Assembly (NCBI GenBank): GCA_964483015.1
Contig: CAZAAB010000002.1
Span: forward strand, 1-35,646
Direction: 5' to 3'
DNA from: Candidatus Woesearchaeota archaeon
GTDB lineage: Archaea; Nanobdellota; Nanobdellia; Pacearchaeales; GW2011-AR1
Length of the DNA stretch: 35,646 nt
Each line of letters starts with the position of its first letter. Position 1 is the stretch's first letter. Shown one piece after another: positions 9,120 to 17,323 of this stretch. The position numbers were made by a program, and so were the translations under genes. Under the pieces are notes generated by a model. The model did no database searches. It saw only the letters and a list, made by a program, of their open reading frames with translations, and was not told where the DNA came from.

Positions 9120-9703
9120 AAATTTTTAATAAGTATGAAACTAAAGATGTTAAAGTGAAAGACCCGGGATTGAAAAAATATATTAACCTAAAAGAAAAGC
9201 TGGTTTTGAAAAGTCATGGGAGAAATACTGATAAATTTTCTGAAGCAGATGTCAGTATTATTGAAAGACTTGTTAACTTGTTATGTGTTCCTGGGCATAG
9301 AGGCAAGAAACAGAAAATCCAGACTAGGTGGGCAACTGGCAAGAAAAATAAAAACATTAAAGTTGTTTTAAAAGCATTAGAAATTATAAAAGAAAAAGCT
9401 GGAAAAAACCCTGTCCAGGTTTTAGTAAATGCTATTGAAAATGCCTCTCCTAAAGATGAGACAACAACTATTGAGTATGGCGGGGCTCGTTATCCTCAAG
9501 CTGTTGATACCTCTCCAGTAAGAAGGGTTAACTTGGCTTTAAGAAATATTGTGCACGCTGCCTATGACAAAACATTTAACAGTAGGGGGAATTTAGAAAA
9601 AGCCCTGGCTGATGAAATTTTGGCTGCTTCTAACAATAATAATGAAAGTAAGGCCATAAAAAAGAAGACAGAGATGGAAAAGCAGGCTGATTCTGCTCGG
9701 TGA
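9116..9703 (+). CDS. rps7: 30S ribosomal protein uS7
   Basis: 195 aa with the archaeal S7 pattern (LVN.L...GH.GKK, TIEYGGARYPQAVDTSP.RR..LALR.I). Confidence 0.95.
   Translation: MKIFNKYETKDVKVKDPGLKKYINLKEKLVLKSHGRNTDKFSEADVSIIERLVNLLCVPGHRGKKQKIQTRWATGKKNKNIKVVLKALEIIKEKAGKNPVQVLVNAIENASPKDETTTIEYGGARYPQAVDTSPVRRVNLALRNIVHAAYDKTFNSRGNLEKALADEILAASNNNNESKAIKKKTEMEKQADSAR
9691..9703 (+). repeat. Direct repeat copy 1 (TTCTGCTCGGTGA), the last codons of rps7
   Basis: An exact 13-mer that recurs at 10169-10181. Confidence 0.9.
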
Positions 9704-9716
9704 TAGTAATTTTAAA

Positions 9717-10166
9717 ATGGTAAATTTTATAAAGTGTTCTTTAATTAGTGTTGATATGGCAACCGATAATAAATCAAAGCCATTTAGAGGACTCCCTAGT
9801 ATTAGACGAGAAGTAAGTCCCGAGTATGATGGTCCCTATAGAGACTTTCTTGTGGAGAGATATAAAGAACTGGAAGAGGTTAAAGAAGATTTTCTTAACA
9901 TGCGCAGAAGAGCTTGCAGAGACGAAATTTCATCTGAAGAAGTGAGAAAGACAGGGGGGGAATTATGGGTAAAAATTGGGGAATTAGATGACCAGGTTTC
10001 ATCAGAACTTAATCTTTCAGATGTATCTTATGGAGATCCAGAATGGCCATCTATGTTTGAATTACTCTCTTTTCATAAAAGTACAAGTTTTTTAAGAGCC
10101 TATTTATTCTGGTGTTTTTTAGGTTCTAATGAAATGGATTATTATATAAGACAGGCGAAGGAATAG
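9717..10166 (+). CDS. Orphan protein (149 aa as drawn; 136 aa from the ATG at 9756)
   Basis: A long ORF in an AT-rich genome, with more Arg/Glu/Trp and fewer Lys/Ile/Asn than its neighbours. No family recognised. Flanked by the 13-bp direct repeat. Confidence 0.55.
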   Translation: MVNFIKCSLISVDMATDNKSKPFRGLPSIRREVSPEYDGPYRDFLVERYKELEEVKEDFLNMRRRACRDEISSEEVRKTGGELWVKIGELDDQVSSELNLSDVSYGDPEWPSMFELLSFHKSTSFLRAYLFWCFLGSNEMDYYIRQAKE

Positions 10167-10168
10167 GC

Positions 10169-10181
10169 TTCTGCTCGGTGA
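10169..10181 (+). repeat. Direct repeat copy 2 (TTCTGCTCGGTGA)
   Basis: An exact copy of the rps7 3' end. It reads ASAR-stop in frame directly after the TAG of the orphan ORF. Confidence 0.9.
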
Positions 10182-10243
10182 GGATTCTTAAGTATATTTT
10201 CAACCATAATAATATTTTTAAACTATCTTAACTCTAACCAAAT

Positions 10244-10819
10244 ATGCCAAACAGAAAGCAAAAAAGAGAAAAGGAAATATTTAGAATAAAACAAGAGATG
10301 TTAGATAGGTTAAAAGAGGCAGGAACAAAAGCAATAATAAGTATAAATTCTTTTGGGTTTCCTGAAGTTGATTTTCCAAGTTTAGAAGAGCTGGCTGAAG
10401 AATTTGCTGAAAAAAATAACTTATCATTAACAGATATGACTGATTATCATTTTCCAGTTGTTGCCCCTCTAAATGAGCCAAGAACTTATGATTCTGGGTT
10501 AATTTTACAGTTTAAAGAAGGGGTTAGTGTTTTGTCTATAAAAGGAAACTGGGAAGATGAGGGCAGATTAGAACCTACATATGGTGGAAGGCCAATACAA
10601 TACTGGTCAAAAGCATATGTAATGAGCGGGCTTGTAAAGGGGGAAGATGCTGAACTGGGAGCAAGAATATCTTATTCAAGACCAACAAGGCGGGAAGAGA
10701 GAACCAACACTTTAGGACGTACCCTGCTTGTAGATGTTCCTTTTGGAGAAGCAAGAAAAAGAATACATAGATATGATAATTCTTCTTTATGGTTTTTAAA
10801 AGAGCAAGATAGAGAATAA
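10244..10819 (+). CDS. Orphan 191-aa protein between rps7 and EF-2
   Basis: An uninterrupted ORF with a TTTTTAAA box about 30 nt upstream. No family recognised. Confidence 0.6.
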   Translation: MPNRKQKREKEIFRIKQEMLDRLKEAGTKAIISINSFGFPEVDFPSLEELAEEFAEKNNLSLTDMTDYHFPVVAPLNEPRTYDSGLILQFKEGVSVLSIKGNWEDEGRLEPTYGGRPIQYWSKAYVMSGLVKGEDAELGARISYSRPTRREERTNTLGRTLLVDVPFGEARKRIHRYDNSSLWFLKEQDRE

Positions 10820-10886
10820 TGTGTAAAAAGTTCTAAAAATTAAAGCATAAATTTTAAAAGGGTATTCAACAAATTCTATAATAAAA

Positions 10887-13800
10887 ATGGCAGATAAGAC
10901 AACAGAAAAAGTAAAAAAATTGCAACATAAGCCAGAACAAATAAGGAATATAGCAATTGCTGCACATATAGATCACGGGAAGTGTATAGCACCTGAATCT
11001 CGGATTATGTTAGATGGAAATTTAGTTAAAGCTAAGGATTTATTTGAAACTGCTAAGAAAAAAGGCGAAAAAGTTTTTGAAGAGGATAACAAAATAATTT
11101 ATGATACTTCAAAACTTGATATTAAAACTTTTTCTTTAAATAAAAAAAATAAAAAATTAGAAAAAAGAAAAATAAGTCATGCATGGAAACTAAAGGGGGG
11201 CAATGTAATTAAATTAAAATTAAGAAATGGATTCCAAATTAAAACAACCCCGGAACACAAATACATTGTTTTTGAAAATTTTGATTTTAAAGAAAAGCAA
11301 GCTAAAAACTTAAAAATAGGTGACAGAGTTATATGCCCCAGAGAAATTGAAATTGATAAACAAATAAATATCAAAAGTTATATCTTGAAGAAATTGCAAA
11401 AGGAAAACTTCTATGTATTTTTAAATGAGGTTTTTGGAAATAAGTTAAAAAATTTAATTTTGGACTATGGGATAAGAAAAATAAACAAACAACTTGACTC
11501 TGACATAAAGTATAATTCTATATATCATGGTTTCTGGAAGAATAGATATCAAATTAAAGACCTAATTAAAATATCCCATATTTTTAATTTTAAATTAGAA
11601 AATATTTATAACGAGATTGACTTTATCTGTTATAGAACCGGAAAATGGAGAGATAAAAGCTCTCTACAAGTAAAGTTGCCAAAAACTCCTCGGCAATTTG
11701 AAAAGTTTTTTTATCTCTCTGGATTAATGTTTGGAGATGGTTCTGGGAAAAAATTTGTTGTAGGAAAAAAAGAACTTGGCAATATTTTTGAAAAAATTTG
11801 TGATGAATTTAATATAAGAGTCACTCACAGAGATTATGGTTACAGAACTAAAGAACTTATGACCAGTGAAACTTTATCAAGAATTTTAAAATGTGTTCTT
11901 GAATATCCTCTAAAAGATAAAAGTAGAAACATTAAAATCAGCAGTGTTTTATGGAAAATTGATAAGAGATATGTCAGCCAATTTATAAAAGGATATTTTG
12001 ATACTGATGGATGTGTAGAAAAATCTAGGAGAGCTATATCTTTAAGTTCTGCCAGTAAGAAAATGTTAAAAGGATTATCTTTACTTTTATTAAGAATAGG
12101 AATAGTCCCTAATTTACAAAAAAATAATATTTTTATATCTGGTCACTCCGCTAAAAGATTTCAGCAAGAAATTGGTTTTAATGTAAAAGATAAAACTGAG
12201 AAATTAGAGGATTTAGTCAAAAGAATTAGAGCTAGTTTAGTTATGGATTATGTTTTAGTTAATGGGAAAAGGGTCTCTAAAACAAGTGGGGGATTAAGTT
12301 TGCAACAAGAAAAACAGGTTTTACTTAGCAATTTACTTGAACAATTTGCATTTGTTGAAGTAAAAAAATTAGAGCAAGATGTAGAAGAGGAAGTTTATGA
12401 TTTTTCTGTTCCTAAGACAAGGAATTTTGTTTCTGAAGGCATTATTATTCACAACACCACATTTTCTGACAACTTACTGGCTGGAGCTGGAATGATGTCT
12501 GAAGAATTGGCAGGAAAACAATTAGTTATGGATTTTCATGATGATGAAAAAGAGAGAGGCATTACAATAGACTCTGCTAACGTGAGTATGGTTCATGATT
12601 TTGAAGGTAAAGATTATTTAATTAACTTAATAGATACCCCGGGGCATGTTGATTTTGGTGGTGATGTGACAAGAGCAATGAGAGCAGTTGATGGCAGTAT
12701 AGTTTTAGTATGTGCTTCAGAAGGTGTCATGCCTCAAACTGAAACAGTATTAAGGCAGGCATTAAGAGAAAGGGTAAAACCTATATTATTTATCAATAAG
12801 GTTGATAGGTTGATTAGGGAAGTTAAGCTGACTCCAGAACAGATGCAGAAAAGATTTAAGAAAATCATAAATCAGGTTAATGAACTTATACATAATATTG
12901 CTCCTAAAGAGTATAAAGATAAATGGCTTGTAAATGTTCAAGATGGTTCAGTAGCATTTGGTTCTGCTTTTCACAACTGGGCATTGTCTATACCATTTAT
13001 GAAAAAAAATAAAATAACTTTTAGTGATATTATTGAAGCATATAAGGCGGGGGGTGAAAAATATAAAGAGCTGGCAAAAAAAGCACCCTTGCATAGGGTT
13101 GTTCTAAATATGGTTACAAAGCACTTGCCAGACCCAAAACAAGCCCAACCATACAGGATTCCAAAAATCTGGCACGGGGATTTAGATTCAAAGCAGGGAA
13201 AATCCTTAACTGGATGTGATGAAAATGGGAAACCAGGTTTTATTTCAACTAAAATTGTTGTTGATAAGCATGCTGGCGAAGTAGCTGCAGGCAGGTTATT
13301 TTCAGGAACATTAAAACAGGGAGATGAAGTTTATATGAATCTTGCTAAAAGAAAAGTTAAACTGCAGCAAGTTTTCGTCTATAATGGGGCTAAGAAAATA
13401 CAGGTTGACAGTGTTGTTGCAGGCAATATTGTGGGTTTATCTGGATTGACTGATGTTCGGGCCGGGGAAACTGTTTCAGAAGAAAAAGTGACTCCTTTTG
13501 AAGAAATTAAACATATTTTTGAACCAGTAGTTACTAAAAGTATTGAAGCTAAAAAACCCTCTGACCTTCCTAATTTAATTGATATTTTAAGAACTGTAAA
13601 TAAAGAAGACCCTTCAATTCATATTGAGATAAATGAAGATACAGGAGAAAATTTAATATCAGGAATGGGAGAATTGCATTTAGAGGTTATTGAAAACAGG
13701 ATTAGAAGCGAGAAAGGTTTAGATGTTAAAACAGGACAGCCAATTGTTGTTTATAATGAAACTGTTACAAAAGAATCAAGAGAGTTTGACGGGAGAAGCC

Positions 13801-14528
13801 CGAACAAGCACAATATTTTTACAATAAAGGTTGAACCATTAGAAGAAAATATTTATAATGCTATTAAAGAGGGGGAGATATCAGAGGGGAGGATAAAGAA
13901 AAAAGACAAGCAGTTAAGCGAAAAATTAAGAGAAATAGATGTTGATAGAGATGAAGTCAGACAGTATCGTGATATTTATAAAGGAAATGTTTTCTTAGAC
14001 ACAACAAGAGGAGAGGTTTATATGGAAGAAGTTATTGAGTTAATTCTTGATGCTTTTGAACAAGTTGTTGATCAAGGGCCATTAGCAAGAGAGCCTTGTT
14101 CAAGATTAAAGGTAAGTTTAACTGATGTTAAGTTGCATGAAGATGCTATTCACAGGGGGCCTGCACAAGTATATCCTGCTGTGAGAAATGCTATACATGC
14201 AGCAATGAACGATGCCAAAGCTGTATTGTTTGAGCCTGTACAAATTCATAGAGTTGAAGCACCTTTAAAATATCTTTCAAATCTTACTAATCTAATTTCA
14301 AGCAAAAGAGGCGAATTGTTAGAGGTTAATCAGGAACAAACTGCAGTTATTAAAGCTAAAATACCTGTAGCAGAGATGATTGGCTGGTCAAGTGACTTAA
14401 GGTCAGCTACTGAAGGGAGAGGGGTTTCATCATTGATGGACCAGAAATTTGAAAAAGCACCTGCAGACCAACAGCAAGAGATTATTAAAAAGATTAGAGA
14501 CAGAAAAGGTTTAGAAGAAAATCAGTAG
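10887..14528 (+). CDS. fusA: Translation elongation factor 2 (aEF-2) precursor containing an intein
   Basis: The extein reads AHIDHGK|TTFSDNLLAGAG, DTPGHVDF, NKVDR, and EDAIHRGPAQ (diphthamide His region). It is 722 aa once the intein is removed. Confidence 0.95.
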   Translation: MADKTTEKVKKLQHKPEQIRNIAIAAHIDHGKCIAPESRIMLDGNLVKAKDLFETAKKKGEKVFEEDNKIIYDTSKLDIKTFSLNKKNKKLEKRKISHAWKLKGGNVIKLKLRNGFQIKTTPEHKYIVFENFDFKEKQAKNLKIGDRVICPREIEIDKQINIKSYILKKLQKENFYVFLNEVFGNKLKNLILDYGIRKINKQLDSDIKYNSIYHGFWKNRYQIKDLIKISHIFNFKLENIYNEIDFICYRTGKWRDKSSLQVKLPKTPRQFEKFFYLSGLMFGDGSGKKFVVGKKELGNIFEKICDEFNIRVTHRDYGYRTKELMTSETLSRILKCVLEYPLKDKSRNIKISSVLWKIDKRYVSQFIKGYFDTDGCVEKSRRAISLSSASKKMLKGLSLLLLRIGIVPNLQKNNIFISGHSAKRFQQEIGFNVKDKTEKLEDLVKRIRASLVMDYVLVNGKRVSKTSGGLSLQQEKQVLLSNLLEQFAFVEVKKLEQDVEEEVYDFSVPKTRNFVSEGIIIHNTTFSDNLLAGAGMMSEELAGKQLVMDFHDDEKERGITIDSANVSMVHDFEGKDYLINLIDTPGHVDFGGDVTRAMRAVDGSIVLVCASEGVMPQTETVLRQALRERVKPILFINKVDRLIREVKLTPEQMQKRFKKIINQVNELIHNIAPKEYKDKWLVNVQDGSVAFGSAFHNWALSIPFMKKNKITFSDIIEAYKAGGEKYKELAKKAPLHRVVLNMVTKHLPDPKQAQPYRIPKIWHGDLDSKQGKSLTGCDENGKPGFISTKIVVDKHAGEVAAGRLFSGTLKQGDEVYMNLAKRKVKLQQVFVYNGAKKIQVDSVVAGNIVGLSGLTDVRAGETVSEEKVTPFEEIKHIFEPVVTKSIEAKKPSDLPNLIDILRTVNKEDPSIHIEINEDTGENLISGMGELHLEVIENRIRSEKGLDVKTGQPIVVYNETVTKESREFDGRSPNKHNIFTIKVEPLEENIYNAIKEGEISEGRIKKKDKQLSEKLREIDVDRDEVRQYRDIYKGNVFLDTTRGEVYMEEVIELILDAFEQVVDQGPLAREPCSRLKVSLTDVKLHEDAIHRGPAQVYPAVRNAIHAAMNDAKAVLFEPVQIHRVEAPLKYLSNLTNLISSKRGELLEVNQEQTAVIKAKIPVAEMIGWSSDLRSATEGRGVSSLMDQKFEKAPADQQQEIIKKIRDRKGLEENQ
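10983..12455 (+). mobile_element. 491-aa intein with a LAGLIDADG homing-endonuclease domain in the EF-2 P-loop
   Basis: It starts with Cys (CIAPES) straight after GK and ends in HN followed by Thr. It has a TxxH block (TTPEH) and two LAGLIDADG motifs (LSGLMFGDGSG, IKGYFDTDGCV). By eye it is more AT-rich than the extein. Confidence 0.9.
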
Positions 14529-14582
14529 CTGCCAAAAACATATATTTAAAAACAATTTTTCCCTCTATTTTCAGAAATAAAA

Positions 14583-14903
14583 ATGAGGTTTAAAAATTTT
14601 AGGAGAATATTAGAATTTTTCATCATAGGTCTTGTCTTCGGCATTACTGAAGACATCCTTGCTGTTTTAATTGCTACTGATGCTGAATTTTCCTGGAACA
14701 TTGTCTGGATAGTGGCTTTAATTGCACTGCCCTTTGCAATAGTAAGTGAGCTTGTTGTTGATAGAATTCATTTTGATAAAATTAGGAGATGGTGGAATAA
14801 AGAGATGGATAAAGGATTAAAAACAGTTGACAAGAGTTTGAAAAATGCAAACAAGGTTGCTAATAGTTTAGGCAAGGTAAAAAAAGAAAAGGGAAAAGGG
14901 TAA
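14583..14903 (+). CDS. Small membrane protein (two predicted TM helices, basic C-terminus)
   Basis: 106 aa with hydrophobic stretches FFIIGLVFGI and IVWIVALIALPFAIV. It is inserted between EF-2 and EF-1alpha. Confidence 0.55.
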   Translation: MRFKNFRRILEFFIIGLVFGITEDILAVLIATDAEFSWNIVWIVALIALPFAIVSELVVDRIHFDKIRRWWNKEMDKGLKTVDKSLKNANKVANSLGKVKKEKGKG

Positions 14904-14959
14904 AGTAACGAAAGATTTAAAAAGACTAACTTTTTAAATTTCTTACACACATTTTGAAA

Positions 14960-16240
14960 ATGGCAAAAGAAAAACCAAGCATTAACGTGACATTTGTAGG
15001 GCATGTAGACCATGGAAAAAGTACATGCATAGGTCAGCTTATGTTTCAAACAGGAAACTTGCCAGACCAAGAACTGAAGAAGCTGAAAGAAGAAGCTGAA
15101 AAACATGGCAAGCAGGGATTTGAGTTTGCTTATTTTATGGATAAAGTTAAAGAAGAGAGAGAAAGAGGTTTAACAATTGACTTAGCTTATAAAAAGCTTG
15201 TTTCAGACAAGTATGATGTTACTATTATTGATGCTCCTGGACACAAAGATTTTGTTAAAAACATGATTACTGGTACAAGCCAGGCAGATGCAGCCTTCCT
15301 TGTTGTAGCTGCTGATTCTGGTGTTCAGCCACAAACTAAAGAACACTTATGGTTATTAAGAACAATGGGTGTTGAACAGATAGCTGTTATTGTTAATAAA
15401 ATGGATACTATTAATTATGATGAATCAAAGTACAAAAAGGTTAAAGATGAGGTTACAAAGTTAATAAAAGCTGTAGGCTATAAACCAGATGAAATCCAGT
15501 TTATTGCTGCTTCTGGGTTAAAGGGGGACAATGTTGGAGAAAAGAGCAAGAATATGGACTGGTATAAGGGTCCTACTGTTTTAGAACAGATAAATAAGTT
15601 TAAAGAACCTGAAGAGCCTGTTGATTTACCATTAAGAATGCCTGTTCAAGATGTTTATGAAATTACTGGTGTAGGTACAGTGCCAGTAGGCAAGATAGAA
15701 ACAGGAAAAATGAAGCCAGGACAAAAAATTAAGATTTTGCCTGGTAGAACAGGAAAGGGTGTTGAAGGTGAAGTTAAAACTATTGAAGCTCATCATGAAC
15801 AGTTGCCAGAATCTCAGGCAGGTGATAATGTTGGAATTAACATAAGGGGGGTTGGCAAGAAAGATATTGCCAGGGGTGATGTGATTTGTGATGCTGAAAA
15901 ACCTGCCAATGTTGTTGAAGAGTTTACAGCACAAATAGCTGTTATTAATCATCCTACAGTTATAGCTAAAGGTTATACTCCTGTATTCCATGTTCATACT
16001 GCTCAGGTTCCATGCCAGTTTATTGAATTGCAAAAAAAGCTTGATCCTAAATCTGGAGAAGTTGCTGAAGAAAATCCAGATTATTTGAAAAATGGAGACG
16101 TAGCAATAGTTAAGTTAAAGCCTCAAGGCAACTTAGTTTTAGAAAAGCAGGAAGATAACCCTCATATGGCAAGATTTGCCATTAGAGATGCTGGCTCTAC
16201 TGTAGCTGCTGGCAGGTGTATTGATTTAAAAGCTAAGTGA
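14960..16240 (+). CDS. tuf: Translation elongation factor 1-alpha (aEF-1alpha)
   Basis: [31 protein letters not shown]. The track start at 14954 is a TTG two codons upstream of the ATG. Confidence 0.95.
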   Translation: MAKEKPSINVTFVGHVDHGKSTCIGQLMFQTGNLPDQELKKLKEEAEKHGKQGFEFAYFMDKVKEERERGLTIDLAYKKLVSDKYDVTIIDAPGHKDFVKNMITGTSQADAAFLVVAADSGVQPQTKEHLWLLRTMGVEQIAVIVNKMDTINYDESKYKKVKDEVTKLIKAVGYKPDEIQFIAASGLKGDNVGEKSKNMDWYKGPTVLEQINKFKEPEEPVDLPLRMPVQDVYEITGVGTVPVGKIETGKMKPGQKIKILPGRTGKGVEGEVKTIEAHHEQLPESQAGDNVGINIRGVGKKDIARGDVICDAEKPANVVEEFTAQIAVINHPTVIAKGYTPVFHVHTAQVPCQFIELQKKLDPKSGEVAEENPDYLKNGDVAIVKLKPQGNLVLEKQEDNPHMARFAIRDAGSTVAAGRCIDLKAK

Positions 16241-16278
16241 GGTGATGGTAATGAATCGCCTTAGAATTCTAAATTAAA

Positions 16279-16803
16279 ATGGAAAGAACACATCTAATTC
16301 AGAGGCTGAAGAAGCCAAGAGGATCTGCAATTGCTTTTTCTTTTGGGGGAGGACTGCCTGCCGGAGGATTTTCTAAAGAAGCTCAAGAATTATTGAAAAA
16401 TGTCTGTACTTTTGATTATATGGGCTCTGCTGAATTTGAGTTTGGAGAAGTTCCAAGAGCTTTCTACAGAATAGCTGAATATTCTTCTAATAGAGAAGCT
16501 TCTTCAGGAGAGCTTTGCTTCCCAGATGAAGTATATTATATATGCGAAAAAGGGATTGAAAGAGAGGTAAAAGGAGTAATAGCACAACTAGTTAGAAATG
16601 AAGAAGAGTTACGGCTTAAGGAACCTTGTTATTTATGGGAAAGCATAACAGGAGAACCTGAATGGGCTTCAGACTATGTTGGATGGGTAGAATTAGATAA
16701 TGCTTTTATGTTTTTTACTGACAGAGAAATGTTCAACAAATTCCAAAATTTGTTTAGTATCAATTCTTCACAATCGCAAAAAACAAATCGTGAGGAAGCT
16801 TAA
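16279..16803 (+). CDS. Orphan 174-aa protein in the slot usually held by rps10
   Basis: An uninterrupted ORF with no recognised family. It is preceded by an 8-codon mini-ORF (16251-16277) with a strong GAGGTGAT Shine-Dalgarno sequence. Confidence 0.6.
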   Translation: MERTHLIQRLKKPRGSAIAFSFGGGLPAGGFSKEAQELLKNVCTFDYMGSAEFEFGEVPRAFYRIAEYSSNREASSGELCFPDEVYYICEKGIEREVKGVIAQLVRNEEELRLKEPCYLWESITGEPEWASDYVGWVELDNAFMFFTDREMFNKFQNLFSINSSQSQKTNREEA

Positions 16804-16867
16804 ATTTTTTCAATTTTGCATACTTCTTTCTTACTATAAAAGAATTAAGAAATAGTTAAAATTTTAG

Positions 16868-16951
16868 TTAGTCCTCATCAACTTCTTCAACAACGTCTAA
16901 AATGTCTTCGTCAAGGTCTTCTTCAATTACTTTTTTTTCAGATTTTTTCAT
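16868..16951 (-). CDS. Possible 27-aa acidic micro-protein (MKKSEKKVIEEDLDEDILDVVEEVDED)
   Basis: A short ORF not in the track, sitting in an otherwise empty 514-bp spacer. There is an ATATATAAG box about 45 nt upstream on the minus strand. Support is weak. Confidence 0.2.
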   Translation of the reverse strand: MKKSEKKVIEEDLDEDILDVVEEVDED

Positions 16952-17025
16952 CTTTTTATCAATTTTTTACTTGCTCTTGCCTGTTCTTTTTCACTTATAT
17001 ATCTTTTCTTTATACAGTATATACT

Positions 17026-17060
17026 TAATCTTTTTTGAAAAGATTGAGAGCAAAACCTGG
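17026..17060 (+). repeat. 35-nt hairpin-plus-tail repeat, copy 1 (TAATCTTTTTTGAAAAGATTGAGAGCAAAACCTGG)
   Basis: 33/35 identical to the reverse complement of 20813-20847. A partial third tail (GATTAGGAGTAAAACC) lies at 17098-17113. Confidence 0.85.
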
Positions 17061-17323
17061 AAAAAAGTTTAATCAAAACATAACGAATTTGAAAAAAGAT
17101 TAGGAGTAAAACCAAATAATCAAAAACCTAAAAATAATTATTAAAGTTGAAAAAAGAAAAGTTTTAAAAAGCTGGTAATTTTTTAAATATTGGTATCAAG
17201 AAGGTAATTATTTTATCGTTAGGATAAGATTATCAGTTAAATCATATTCACCACTTAAAAAAAGCGTAAAAGTAGTTTTTTCTTGGTATCTAATTAAATA
17301 TTATATGGAGGTAAAATTTGAAA

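Noticed and set aside
8866-9122. A possible duplication of the rps12-end/SD sequence (AAGGTAGAAGG versus AAGGAGAAC) flanking the 75-aa ORF, by analogy with the rps7 repeat.
   Set aside because: The match is short, gapped and purine-rich. It is as expected for any SD region and is not comparable with the exact 13-mer at rps7.
14526-14541. TAGCTGCCAAAAACAT after the EF-2 stop resembles the CGGCCAAACAT tail of the intron-like element.
   Set aside because: Only about 10 matching positions and no hairpin. This is too weak to call a copy.
14948-14965. A 12-nt string, TTTGAAAATGGC, shared by the starts of tuf (14952-14963) and dnaG (17316-17327).
   Set aside because: It is short and AT-rich and covers the start codon. 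A similar initiation context (TTG two codons before the ATG, then Ala-Lys) is more likely than a repeat element.
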